Part shown: positions 21,070 to 32,684 of the stretch, piece after piece
Position numbering within the stretch: position 1 is the stretch's first letter
Layout: every line of letters starts with the position of its first letter
From: Blepharisma stoltei ATCC 30299
Taxonomy: Eukaryota; Protista; Ciliophora
NCBI GenBank assembly: GCA_965603825.1
Contig: CBFDEM010000011.1
Coordinates: 434,001 to 498,000, forward strand
DNA length: 64,000 bases
Direction of reading: 5' to 3'
The notes under the pieces: model-generated
What the model saw: only the letters and a program-made list of their open reading frames with translations
Database searches by the model: none
Told to the model about the DNA's origin: nothing
Made by a program: the position numbers and the translations under genes

Positions 21070-23247
21070 CTATTTAAGATTTATTAACTCGGCTTTGAGT
21101 TCTTCAATAGCTCTATCAAAGCACTCTGCGATGCCAGTTGAGCTGAATTCTTGGATAGTTGTAGGGTTATGAGCTAAAACTATATCATTTACGATCGGCA
21201 TCTCGATTTTCAAAGCTTCTTGTTTCCACTTTTCCACAGTTTCCAAAATTTTATCTTTTTTCAATAAGAAGTGCTTTCTTATAATATCTTTGAATTCTGC
21301 TGGAGGATTTCTTATCATGTCAGTCATCGCATATTTAATATTCCCATAAGTAACAATTGCCCTATACTGCAAATTATCCATATAGTCACTATCATAGCCT
21401 TCATAGCCAGGCTCTTTTTGCAGCACGTCGTTATTCATAACCAAGGCTTGGATTGACAAAAATACTTGTAAAAGGGTGGAATAGGTCGGGTTCCATTTTT
21501 CTTCAGGGTCGCCTTCCCAAGTATTTATAATAGACAAGCACACATATCCAGAGTCATATAAATTTGGGTTAAATCTGAGTGTGCCATATCCAGTTGTTTT
21601 TATGTTCATTTGTGGAGGATTGCTAGGGTAGTCTTGAGGCAGCTTTAAATCGAATAAAAAGAGACCGTGATCGTATGGAGTATCCTCAGTGCCTGATATA
21701 AGGACATTTATCATGCTGAGGTTGCTTTGATTAACTGCTACAAAAATAGAGCCACTAGGCTCACAAGGTAAGCTTCGGGTCAAAGCTTTGATTTCTTTAT
21801 TAATTCTAGCTAATCCTATATCTCCAATGGACTCTCTATCATACATATAATTTATGAAATTCGCTTCAGACTCTTCTAGAAATTGTAATCTTAAATTTCC
21901 TAATTCTTGGAAATAAATATGAGTGCTTTCTGGAGCTTCTGGGTCAGATGAAGAAGGTTCTCTAAATAAGACAGGGACTGGCTCAACTTGCATGAACTGT
22001 TCAGACACTTGTTCCTCTGCGTAGTTATCTAATATTTTCAAGTCGTCTGATGGTACGTAATCTAATTGCTGCTCTGGGACTAATTCCATTGAAACTTGTT
22101 CTTCTTTAGAAATAAAAGCTAATGGAATGATGTCTGCAGGCTGAGTTTCTGGAAGAAGCATTGGTGAGAGGACTGGAGGGTTCTGGTACGCGTCTTGAAT
22201 GGCTATTTCATTTTCTTGGACTTCTTCGGTATTTGGAGTTTCTATAGCTAATTGCGTATTTTCTTCAATCCACAGATCTAATTGTGTATCAGAAACCCCA
22301 TATCTATTATCAAACTCCTCTTTGAGCTCTTTTGCAACTCTTGACAAGACCTTATAAAACCCTTCAAAAGCCATCTCTTGGCATAACGTTGGGTTATAGT
22401 TAGAAGCCATTGACTCCCCAGACGCATAGTCGATAGTTTCACTTTTTGCTTTTACAAGTCACTCATTGACTTCTTTCAATATCACGTCATGCTTAATCCT
22501 AAAATAATTCTCTATCAGTTTTTCAAATCCTTTGGTCGGATTCCTCATATTTTCAATCATAGCATACTTGATATTTAAATATTTCACTGCATTCTGATAA
22601 ATAATGCTGTCCACACAGTTGACGTCGTAGCAATCCCAGCCAGGCTCTTTCTGAAGGATGTGATCGTCCATAACAAGCCCTTGTATTGACAGTAAGACTT
22701 GTAAAATATTTTTATTAGGAGTCCACATTTCTTCTGGGTCGCCTGACCATGTATTGATTATTGAAAGACAGACGTAGCCGCTGCTGTACAAGTTAGGACC
22801 GAAATAAGCTTGGCCGCTTCCAGTGGTTTTTAAGGTAAACAAAGGTGGAGAAGAAGGGTAATCGTTACCTATGGAAATATCAAAAAAATAAAGACCATGA
22901 GCGTAAGGCGTCCCTGATGATCCAGCAATAATCCCTTCCATACAGCGGAAATCGTTAGAATCAATAGCCACGAAGATGGAAGAAGCGATTTCGCATGGGA
23001 GACCTCTGGTTAGAACTTTGATTTCTTTATTTAAACGAGTTGCTAAGCCATCGACGATTCCTTGGCTTTGTTCGGTAAATGATGTCACAGCTTTCAGGTT
23101 GTCTAAGAAAAAGAGTCGGTCTTTAAAATTTTCTTTGAATACACTTTCTAATGAGGGAGTGTCTTGTTGGGAAGAAGAAGCTTCAACAGGGGCAGATTCA
23201 GCTTCTATAGGTTCTGGGTTTTGTGATCCGATTACTTCAGCATCCAT
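21070..23247 (-). CDS. Ubiquitin-conjugating enzyme with two tandem UBC domains (UBE2Z/BIRC6/UBE2O-type)
   Basis: Two copies of RxNKEIK...GTPY/DTPY.HGL.F..DYPS.PP...PNLY.SGYVCLSIINTW. Joined in frame by TGA 22459-22461, which aligns with the TGG Trp of ETVEKW in domain 2. Confidence 0.85.
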
Positions 23248-23500
23248 TTTATTAAAATGATTATTGCTAATTAAAGGACATAAAACACATAATAAAAACC
23301 TAAAAATTTAAAAAATAAATAAAAATTCTTCTGAAAAATCACTATAGCTTGAGCCAAAAAAGGGACCTGCAGTTACGTGAAAATAAATATGAAATAGAAA
23401 AGAACAGAAATCAAAATTAATATGGTAACGGATTTCACTAAAGATAAATAAACAATAAGAAGATTTAATAGCAACTTGTGAGGGAAATCTGTAGTTATGT

Positions 23501-25663
23501 TTAGAAAAGAGACTTTTCTGACTTTTTATGAAGAGTTGTATTCTTCCTTGGCTCGCCGAATAATGAATTTGATGGCTGAGTCTTGATATCATTTTTGACA
23601 TCATTTTTCGGTGGTGAAATATCTTGTTTTCTAGGTTCCTCAGCTTTTGGAATTTCTGGCTCTTTTACTTCATCTACTATCTTTCTCGCCGCATCAGCCA
23701 CTTCTTTTTCTTTCTTTTCTTTATCCTTCTTTGCCTTTGCCGCATTTCTTTCTTCTTCTTCCTTCGCAATTTCATCAGCCAGCGAATCAGCCTGTGCTGC
23801 AAGTGCTGGGTCATGCTTCAAAATTTTTTCTGCTTTTCTCAACGTTTCCAGCTGATTTTTCAGCATATCTCTTTCTGCGGTAATATGTTTCGGCTCGCTC
23901 AGTTTATTCACAATAGATTCACTCATATTAATTCTCTCAAAAAGCTCCAGCTGTATTTTATCCATAATTGACCTTACAAGAAAAGTCCCTATTGCTTTAG
24001 GCACACTTTCTCTTACACCCCTAATGATCAGTCTAAAATAATTGTCGATTCTGTTCTTTATTTCGTCAACGTACATACTTTCTGAAGATTTTGGCTTACC
24101 GTCGCTTTTTGGGATGATGTCAGTTCTGCAGGTCAAATAGTCAGAATCGTTGGTAAATGTGTAGGTTTCTTCAGATTCGATGATTTTTTCGACGAAATTT
24201 TTACAGAGATCTCTTTCCTTGGCGAGGACGTGAGTGGAAAGCTCAGTGATTTCGCCGACCAGGGTGGGGAAACGGTGGAAAATTCGCTCAATTAGCTTGT
24301 GGGCCAGGTTTTCAAGGTAGGAGTGGACGTTGGCAAGACAGTCGAGAACGGGGTCTCTTATAAGCTCGACTAGAGGTTGTAATAAATATAAAAATACATC
24401 AACTGATGGAAAACCTGGAATAGTGTCACCAGCATGAGTTATCATAGCTTGCTGTATAGCATCATCTGTATAGGATGCTGTCGCCTTATAATTCGGCACT
24501 GCGTATTCTGATAGTAAACTATTAAAATACCCTTTTATTGTAGCACCACCAGGCAAATCCTTTGTCAGCCTCGATGACAATTTCCTATCAAATTTCCCTC
24601 GAATAGTATTTTTATAGATTTCACAGAACTCGTGAACCATGTTCCAAAGGAGCTGGATTTTTTGTTTAGGCTCCTGTGGGGTGCTTGGGCCAAGCTCTTT
24701 AAGCTTATCTTCACACTCTTTGATTTTATAAACAGTTTCTCTCATAATTTCAGGCAAGAATCCTTTTATGTGTGTAAACATAACTTTCGTCAATTTTTGG
24801 GTCAGTGTGTCAACACCAAGATACCCTGCCGGCATTGTGGAATAAACAGGGTGACTTGAAAAATACTGTTTTTCTTCTTCTAAAGCTTTTTCTACCTTGA
24901 CTTCGTTGTTTATGTCTTCTTGTGACCTGTTTTTAACACCAACGTAGCCTAATCTAAGTGGGATTTCTTCGCCTAAAAGAATTCTTTTAGCGTTTGTGCC
25001 TCTGTCCATAATATCAAGCTTTGTGATTACACCAATCGTCCTAAGGCCTGATTTGTCTACCTTTTTCGCCATCAGCAGAGATTCAGATGTGCTTAAATCA
25101 ATATTTGCTGGGCACAAACACAATATAATAGTCCTAGGGTCGGAAATGTACCGAAAGCACATTTCCTTGGTAATTCTTTCAATGTCAGCAGGATGGTCAC
25201 TCCCAGCGAGAGGAATTCTAGTAATTCCAGGCAAATCAATTAGGGTTAAGTCAGGACAAGTGCTTGAATGTATAGTCAAAACTATTGGATCGTCCACAAT
25301 TCCTTTATTTCTTCCTGCTTTATCATCTGTTAATTTGAGAATCATTTCTTTTACTTTTTCAAAATCTTGGAAGTGCTCTTGAACACCTTCGAATTCTGCC
25401 CATGGATGAGAATCTTCTGGAGAATGAACTAAACGCAGCTCCAATGGACATCTTGTACAGAGTCCTTCGCTTCGGGGAAGGAAATTGAGACCTACGATGG
25501 ATTCTAAGACCGAACTTTTCCCACTACTTTGGATTCCTAATGTGACAATTCTAGGCAAACGGATATATTTTTGAAGACCTGCATCACGAAGATTATCTGC
25601 GAGAGAAATTATTGAGCGTAAATTTGCATAAAAGCTTCCAGCAAAATCTTCGTCTGACTCCAT
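23501..25663 (-). CDS. Dynamin-related GTPase
   Basis: LPRIVTLGIQSSGKSS (G1), TRCPL, DLPG (G3), TKLD (G4), middle and GED regions. Confidence 0.95.
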   Translation of the reverse strand: MESDEDFAGSFYANLRSIISLADNLRDAGLQKYIRLPRIVTLGIQSSGKSSVLESIVGLNFLPRSEGLCTRCPLELRLVHSPEDSHPWAEFEGVQEHFQDFEKVKEMILKLTDDKAGRNKGIVDDPIVLTIHSSTCPDLTLIDLPGITRIPLAGSDHPADIERITKEMCFRYISDPRTIILCLCPANIDLSTSESLLMAKKVDKSGLRTIGVITKLDIMDRGTNAKRILLGEEIPLRLGYVGVKNRSQEDINNEVKVEKALEEEKQYFSSHPVYSTMPAGYLGVDTLTQKLTKVMFTHIKGFLPEIMRETVYKIKECEDKLKELGPSTPQEPKQKIQLLWNMVHEFCEIYKNTIRGKFDRKLSSRLTKDLPGGATIKGYFNSLLSEYAVPNYKATASYTDDAIQQAMITHAGDTIPGFPSVDVFLYLLQPLVELIRDPVLDCLANVHSYLENLAHKLIERIFHRFPTLVGEITELSTHVLAKERDLCKNFVEKIIESEETYTFTNDSDYLTCRTDIIPKSDGKPKSSESMYVDEIKNRIDNYFRLIIRGVRESVPKAIGTFLVRSIMDKIQLELFERINMSESIVNKLSEPKHITAERDMLKNQLETLRKAEKILKHDPALAAQADSLADEIAKEEEERNAAKAKKDKEKKEKEVADAARKIVDEVKEPEIPKAEEPRKQDISPPKNDVKNDIKTQPSNSLFGEPRKNTTLHKKSEKSLF

Positions 25664-26220
25664 TTTATTTTGGCAACTATTTAGGAGTGAATATTATGAT
25701 ATTATCATCTTGGAAAATAGGGAAAATTAATTATTGGCTGGGTTTATAATGAAAGCTTGGCTGATATTTAGTAAAATTATAAAAAATTGTGGGTATATAG
25801 AAAAAAAATATATTAAATTTATTTTGATTAATAATAATGCCATTAGATTTCAAGGCTAGAAAAAAGCTATAATTTTTTATAAATTATTCTTTGAAATTAT
25901 CAATAGCAAAAATTATTACTAATAATCTGTCCAAAAAGCAAAAAGATGATTAATATTAATTTTATTAAATTTTCGAAGTGGTGAAATAATTCTCATCTTA
26001 ATATTAATTAGTTTTAATATCACAACTATCTTATATTCTTAGCTTTAAAACTTTATTAATTTTTCCTAATAAATTATTTTTTTCGATAATAAATGCTTCC
26101 TTATTACCATTTCTTAGTCTTTTATAAAGAAACTATATGCTTTCCATTATTTCAATTCGATTTTATTCTCATGACATAAACAGTCCATTAATTAAATAAT
26201 CTTTTATTTACTTTTTGATC

Positions 26221-28077
26221 ATGAAAAAGTCTGTTTTCTCAGGACTCAAAAATTTTTTCGACGGCCTTATAAATAAAGAAAGCCAAGCAAGCAGCCCAAG
26301 TGTTGACGAAGACGACACAAAGCACTCAACGACTGTTACTAACCCAGACTCCATCTATTATGTCACTCGAGAATCAGTTTGCGACTCTTTTTTTGGTTCA
26401 GTTAGCGAAGGCTCAGATTCAATGCTTGCACAAAAAATTCCAGTGTCAACGAGTACACCGGCTACCCATATACCGTTTTTCCATATACAAAAATCAAACC
26501 GTGCTTTATGGGAAGCTGCTTTGCAGAATAATTACGAACTCTGCAAAGATCTACTAGATCATGAAATTTATGGCGAGTCAGCTGCGGATTCAAATTCCAA
26601 GGATCAGCAAGGCATAACGGCTTTGCATATTGCTGCTCATGAAGGCTTTATTAATGTATGTGAGGTGCTTTTAGATTATGGCAGTAATACAGATCTTAAC
26701 GTCTTGAATGTTATAAAGCGAACACCCTTGCACCTTGCTTGTATAAGTGGGCACACAGAAGTAGCGCAATTACTTGTACGGTCTGGAGCTGATATAAATT
26801 TAGTTGATATCGATGGAAACACCGCTTTACACTTGGCAACTGAAAAAGGACACAGGCAGTTGGTATTATGGCTTTTAACCCGTGGGCCAAATATTTTTAT
26901 AAAAAACAATGCAGGAAGGACACCTCCAGATCTTGCGAAATCCATTGAAATTTTGGATATTTTCAAGGATTATTGCAGGAGACTCAACTTGCCTTTACCA
27001 ATATTAGGAATGATGCCAATGTCTTCTCATGAAAGATATAGATCAGAGCCTCGAAGGGTAACTATCAGCGATTTGACAGCAATTGAAGAAAATAAAGAAA
27101 GCGGCAGAGTAACACCTAATGATTTTGAAGTCATCCAAGAGCTCGGAAAAGGCAGTTTCGGAGAAGTATATTTAGTAAGAAAACAAGACAATAAAAATTA
27201 CTATGCAATGAAAGTGCTCAGAAAAGACAAAGTTATGGGGCAAAACCTCATAAAATACGCCATGACTGAGAGAAATGTGCTGAGCTATGTCCGACATCCA
27301 TTTATAGTGTCCTTAAATTATGCATTCCAAACCCCTGAAAAATTATTTTTAATACTTGATTATTGTTCTCGAGGAGATTTGGGCACTTATCTAAATAAAG
27401 AAAAACGATTCTCAGAGCCACTAGCAAAAATATATGTATGCGAAGTATTACTAGCATTAGAAGAACTGCATAAGCGTGATATTATTTTTAGAGACTTAAA
27501 GCCTGATAATATTGTATTAGATGAAGAAGGCCATTCTATGCTTACAGATTTCGGGCTTTCTAAAGAAGGGATTTATGATAATGTGACTGCTAGAAGCTTC
27601 TGCGGGTCTGTAGCTTATCTAGCCCCTGAAATGATAAAAAGACAAGGACATGGGAAAGCTGTTGACTGATATCTATTAGGAGTTTTACTATATGAAATGC
27701 TTGTAGGGACTCCGCCTTATTTTTCGCCAAATCGTGAAGAATTGTTTAGGAATATACAAAGAGGCTTATTGAAAATTCCGACACATTTATCACAAGAAAC
27801 CAAAGAGTTATTAAAAGATGTAAATAATATTTAGCTTTTGCAAAGAGAGCCTGCTAAAAGACTGGGGACAAGAAAAGATGCAGAAGAAGTAAAAGAGCAT
27901 CCATATTTTAATGGGGTCAATTGGGATTCAGTGCTAAGAAGAGAGCTAAGACCTTCACTGCCTAAGAAAACTCCGATTGATGACGTTGTGATTCCTAATG
28001 AAAAAATATATGGAGATATGAGCCAGTTTGGAGATAGATCCAATCAAGTGACTGGCTGGACTTTTATTTCTAATTAA
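26221..28077 (+). CDS. Ankyrin-repeat AGC-family Ser/Thr kinase (one intron)
   Basis: TALH/TPLH ankyrin repeats; GKGSFG, YAMK, RDLKPDN, DFG, SFCGS, APE, VD-W(TGA 27667)-Y; intron 27820-27834; AGC tail with GWTF hydrophobic motif. Confidence 0.9.
27820..27834 (+). other. 15-nt intron (GTAAATAATATTTAG)
   Basis: Contains an in-frame TAG. Removal gives LLKD/LLQREPAKRLG (kinase subdomain XI). Confidence 0.9.
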
Positions 28078-28137
28078 TATGTCAGATTATTTTGGTTGTA
28101 AATTCATACTTTTCTCATTTTATCTTATAATTGAATT

Positions 28138-28854
28138 ATGAGTAAGAAGGCGAGATATCAATTTCAAGGTCTTGACTCTCAAAAAGTCAAAGATGCTCTT
28201 TTACGTTCTGCATCTACTCCTGAAGCCATAAATGCAATAAATTCAAACTTCGACGGTCAACGCTCCCTTGATGAAATTTTACCTCAGATTGAAAATTTTA
28301 TGAGCATTGCTGATGCTTTAGCAGAAGTTCAGCGCGATTCTCAAGGTGAAGAAGGTCCTAGAAAGCGCCAAAAAAAATCTGAGCCACAGCCAGAAGATCT
28401 GGAACTTCTTAGTGGTGGTAATATTTTTAGCGGAATCAATGTAATTCGCTTAGAAGAAGAATTACCCCGAGCCTTTGATACTAAAGCGCCTCAAAGGAAG
28501 ATTGGTTCCCAAGAAATCACGAAAATTACAGTCCTTGAAAAAAATGCTTTGCAAGCTATCAACGATATATGTATGAGGAAAAATCTTGAGGCAAAACCCA
28601 ACGTTTTAGAAGTCGTGGAACTAGGGATGCAGGAATTTTTAAGCAGAATTTTAGACAAACTTAACAATTTGCAAGCAAATGCCCCAGAAAATGTGAAATA
28701 CACCGTGGATCCAAGAGAAGTCATAGGAGAAAAAGAACAGATTTTGCATAATAAAGCCAAAAAAGGTGGAGGAATTATGACGATAAGAGAAAATGATATA
28801 ATTTCTGTATTGGGAATTAATAAGTGGAAACTTAAAAATTGGAAAGGAGAATAA
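28138..28854 (+). CDS. Putative TAF4-like histone-fold protein
   Basis: SGINVIRLEEE, LQAINDICMRKNL...VLEVVELGMQEFLSRILDKL and C-terminal TIRENDIISVL resemble the TAF4 conserved blocks, by eye only. Confidence 0.5.
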   Translation: MSKKARYQFQGLDSQKVKDALLRSASTPEAINAINSNFDGQRSLDEILPQIENFMSIADALAEVQRDSQGEEGPRKRQKKSEPQPEDLELLSGGNIFSGINVIRLEEELPRAFDTKAPQRKIGSQEITKITVLEKNALQAINDICMRKNLEAKPNVLEVVELGMQEFLSRILDKLNNLQANAPENVKYTVDPREVIGEKEQILHNKAKKGGGIMTIRENDIISVLGINKWKLKNWKGE

Positions 28855-28868
28855 ATAATGATTTTATA

Positions 28869-29840
28869 TTAAGATATCGGGAGAATTTTTCTTAAGTCTT
28901 CATATCTCGCCTGAGGTACTTTCAGAGGCATTATCAAATTGAAATGGACAATAAAATCCCCTTTTGCAATAATTGCAGGATTTTCATGATAAATCGGCAT
29001 CCCTTCATTTGGCAGGACAATTGTTTTTTCTGGGTTTAAGCACTCATCAACCGAAAGCATCAGGATTCTCTTGTCAAGAGTCTCAATTCTAATAGCACAT
29101 GCACTTATAGCCTCAAGCAAGTTTATAGTGACTGTATAATGGAGATCATTAGTTTTCCTTCTATAATGAGGATGCTTTATTTCAGTCAATTTTACTATCA
29201 AATTCCCTCGTTCACAATTCATGCGGTCACTTCCTTCTTTAGGGAAGGTCAGAATGGTATTTTTGTTATACCCAGGCTTAATGATGATTCTTTTAGTAAT
29301 AATTTCTTCATGAGTCGTTCTACGGTCGTCGTTAAATAAATTGCATTTATAGGTCACGTCTTTTTGACAGCCAAAGTAAAATTCTTCTAAGCTGCATTCA
29401 GCAGTTACTTCAATGTCATGAGGTGTGGTATCTGGACACCAGTTTAAGCCTAAAGAAGCATATCCAAACATAGACCCTTGCTGAGAGCGGCCATCAAAGT
29501 CAATAATCCTTACAAAAGGATTTGCCTCAAGCATGAATTTTTGGTAGACTTCGATTGGCTCCTTATTAAATTGATAAGCGGGGAAAATGATTTTTGAGTC
29601 GTCATAAAGACCATTTATTAAGGTTTCATAGCCAAACATGTCATAAATAGCTCGGGTTTCATTTTTGCTGAGGACATCATAAGCTTCAGATGCCTCCTTG
29701 AAATTTTTTGCTGCGTCTGCTTTATCAACTTTTGTTTTTGCTGGGTGCCAAGAAAGCACTGCTCTTCTGTAGCCTTTTTTGATTTGCTCTATATCACTGC
29801 TTGGGGAAATTCCTAAAATTTTGTAATAATTCTTTCCCAT
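28869..29840 (-). CDS. DNAJB13: Type II DnaJ/Hsp40, DNAJB13/RSP16-like
   Basis: J-domain with HPA instead of HPD, EAYDVLS, CSLEEFYFGCQK, and DnaJ C-terminal domain (EGMP...KGD). Confidence 0.7.
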   Translation of the reverse strand: MGKNYYKILGISPSSDIEQIKKGYRRAVLSWHPAKTKVDKADAAKNFKEASEAYDVLSKNETRAIYDMFGYETLINGLYDDSKIIFPAYQFNKEPIEVYQKFMLEANPFVRIIDFDGRSQQGSMFGYASLGLNWCPDTTPHDIEVTAECSLEEFYFGCQKDVTYKCNLFNDDRRTTHEEIITKRIIIKPGYNKNTILTFPKEGSDRMNCERGNLIVKLTEIKHPHYRRKTNDLHYTVTINLLEAISACAIRIETLDKRILMLSVDECLNPEKTIVLPNEGMPIYHENPAIIAKGDFIVHFNLIMPLKVPQARYEDLRKILPIS

Positions 29841-29854
29841 TTAAATATTAACTT

Positions 29855-30708
29855 TTATTTTATCATATTATAACCTACTGTTAAAAGTCCTATAAGAATA
29901 ATGAGCAAGCAAAGCGTCACACAAAATTTATCCCCAGCCCTGACCTTTATTAAAAGTTTTTTTAGCTTTTTGGTACTTGTTTCTAATTCTTGATTAGCTT
30001 GATCAACTACATTATCTAAGCTGTCTAGTTTTTCTTCATGCCGATCCAAAGCATTATTGAAATTCAGCGCTCTCATTCTGAGCTCCTCTACATTTTCTCC
30101 TATTTTTCCTGCTAAATCATCTATTCTTTGGTCATAGTCTTCCCATCGCTGTTTTGCCTCTTTTTCTATATCAAGCATATCTCCTTTTCTGCCTATGTTT
30201 TCCAATGTAATATCTTCAAAGTTTATGAGCTCTGCTTTCAGTTTTCCAAGATCATCAGCCTTTCGGCTTACCACGATGCCGAGATCTTCACCTCTTTTGG
30301 CGTCTTCTAGCTTTCTTTCGAGTCAGCTTAGCTTATTAGTTTTTGCTTCGATGTCTACTTCTGCATATTTCTAATTATTTTTTACCTTTGGCTTTGATTT
30401 TTGTTTTTCTAATATTTTATTTAGTTCTAAAATGCCTTTATCAGTTTCTTTTATTAGTAGCAGGATTTTGTATTTCAATTGGATTATTTCAGGATCTTCA
30501 CTAAATTTGTGTGTTACTTATTTTTGAAACTTGAAATTTTATCTCTTTGGTCTTGACAAGATTCTATAGTGTGAAGCTGCTCTTCACACTTAAGACGAAT
30601 TACAGCAAATTTATCCTTTCTTTCTCTTGATCCAATATCAATTCGGTCACCTCCAAGATTTTGATGAATTTTTTCAAGTCTGCTAAGCAGGACGTCTAAA
30701 GTTGACAT
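29855..30708 (-). CDS. Qc-SNARE (SYP7-like syntaxin) with C-terminal TM anchor; two introns
   Basis: Exons 30708-30518, 30500-30386 and 30370-29855. TGA=Trp at 30323. SNARE coil DQRIDDL...LDSLDNVVD and DKFC followed by a TM segment. Confidence 0.75.
30371..30385 (-). other. 15-nt intron (GTAAAAAATAATTAG)
   Basis: Contains an in-frame TAG; phase 0; A at position 10. Confidence 0.85.
30501..30517 (-). other. 17-nt intron (GTAACACACAAATTTAG)
   Basis: Removes an in-frame TAA and restores the frame (AA/T gives Asn). Confidence 0.7.
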
Positions 30709-32031
30709 TTTATATTAGATTGGTGCAAGAGAATAATTTTATTAAGGAAGACTTCATTAATAGAGGACACGCTCAAACGTTGAGTTAAGCATTTTGTTGC
30801 AGTAGCTAGAAATTTGGAAATATCTTATAGCTTTTAAGCGGACTTTAAGCGCTAGCTAACTAAAAATTTCGAATTAGAAAATGGAATTCGTGATTAATTT
30901 TTATTCACAGATTTTTGTTGCAACAGTTATCGCAGCTTTTCTGGAAATTTAAAATTTATTATTATTGATTTTTTTGATAAATATTAATATTGCAGAGCTA
31001 AAATATATAAATCTATCAGGAAAGCCATATAATGCTGCTGTTTTGGTATGTCATGCATAAGACTCTTTATCTATTATAAAGCCATTTTGATTTTCATTAA
31101 TACTTTAAAGTCTTAAAACTGCTTAAATTATTTTAAAGCTCAACCTGCTACTAGTTATGCATTAATTTTTAACAGATTTACTTATAACATATCTGAGATA
31201 TTGAATTCAGCTCTAAATAAACATTTTTATAAAGCTATATAAAATCAGATGAGTTAGAAACGCTTGCGATTGGTAGAGTATAAAATAAGAAATTAGCATA
31301 AAAATTATTTTAGTAATGCGTGAATTAGTAAATATTGAATAATCTAAGAAAGACTTAATAAGTGCTTAGTCTGGAGCAGGCTTCTAGCGCATTTTAATGT
31401 CAATTTTACCTCATGATGCAATGGAGCACAAATTGGAAAGGGCACATCCAATAGAGTCTAGTGACCTATAAGATCTATAGAAATTTCTAAACGTGAATAC
31501 TAGGCATCGTGCCTTTACCTTTTTTCCCTATTTTCGCTAAAGGTTGTCAGAAAATTATTTCCCAAATTCTAATTGTCAGCTTGTGCCGAAACTAACTTTT
31601 CTCTACCCATAATAGTGCTCAAACCTAAAGCATAAAGAGTAGAGCATAGAGAGATAAGCAAACAGTGTTAAATGATATTAAGATTTAGCCTTAAATCGTT
31701 AGCCTGGACTTCTAATAAATCTGCTCAGAAACCATTTTAATGGTTTTTTTTGTCATGAATACTACTGATTTCTAGAAAATCTCTCAAAATTTATATTATT
31801 TGAAAATCCGAATTTTTCATATATAATTTTTCTTAGCTAGTCCTACAGCTCTTACTGACCTAATATAACATTTCTTAGACTTATGCCATTATTATTTTCA
31901 TTAAAAAATACTTACAGCATGATTATTAGAATTCTGACATGGGCAATTTCAAATTCTGAGGGTTTTGTTATGCCATATTAATTTGCAAATTAATCATTGT
32001 GTAGAGCCTAAACCATTTTATAATAATTAAT

Positions 32032-32448
32032 ATGTTAGCTCCAAGCGCACAAAGTTCGTTTTCTATAGATTCAGTCTTATCTTTGCTAACCCAACAGTCC
32101 TCAGGATTGCTCCAAAGTAGCAATTCGAACTTATCTGACTTCGAAAAGCTAGTGGGCGAAATCCAAAATAGTATTTCTTTGCTCCAAAAGGCAAACGAAA
32201 ATATTATGAAACTTGAAGATCACAGCGAAGATGCAGGAAGGCTTCAGAATGAAGCCTATTCAAAAATCCTTAAAATTTCTAATGAAATAGGCGCTTTAAG
32301 GATAGAAAAAAGCAGACACATTAAGCTCAAAAATCGCCTCGACAGTCTAGTATACAAGTATTCAGTAGTTCCAAGATGTTTACACGTAAGGAAGGACATA
32401 AAAAAAATTCAGAAAAAGCTTAAGGGCTTAGGAGAAAAATTTTTTTAA
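32032..32448 (+). CDS. Small coiled-coil protein, duplicate copy 1
   Basis: 138-aa ORF closely paralogous to 34044-34466 (e.g. GRLQNEAYSKILKISNEI, NRLDSLVYKYSVVP). Confidence 0.6.
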   Translation: MLAPSAQSSFSIDSVLSLLTQQSSGLLQSSNSNLSDFEKLVGEIQNSISLLQKANENIMKLEDHSEDAGRLQNEAYSKILKISNEIGALRIEKSRHIKLKNRLDSLVYKYSVVPRCLHVRKDIKKIQKKLKGLGEKFF

Positions 32449-32684
32449 GTGTTTATAAGATCAGTATATTCCGGACAAAATAACTTCACCACTCGATGTG
32501 GTAAGTAATTATAAATAAAAAACATATTTAAACTCAGCCTTTCAAATAATTAATATCTGATTAAAATTGGTGCATAATTTTATCATTCATAGAAAACAGA
32601 AAAACAATGATGATAATAAAATAAAACGCTATTCAGTAAATAAAATAATAGGGTTTGTTAAAATTTTTATTTATGAGAATCGAC

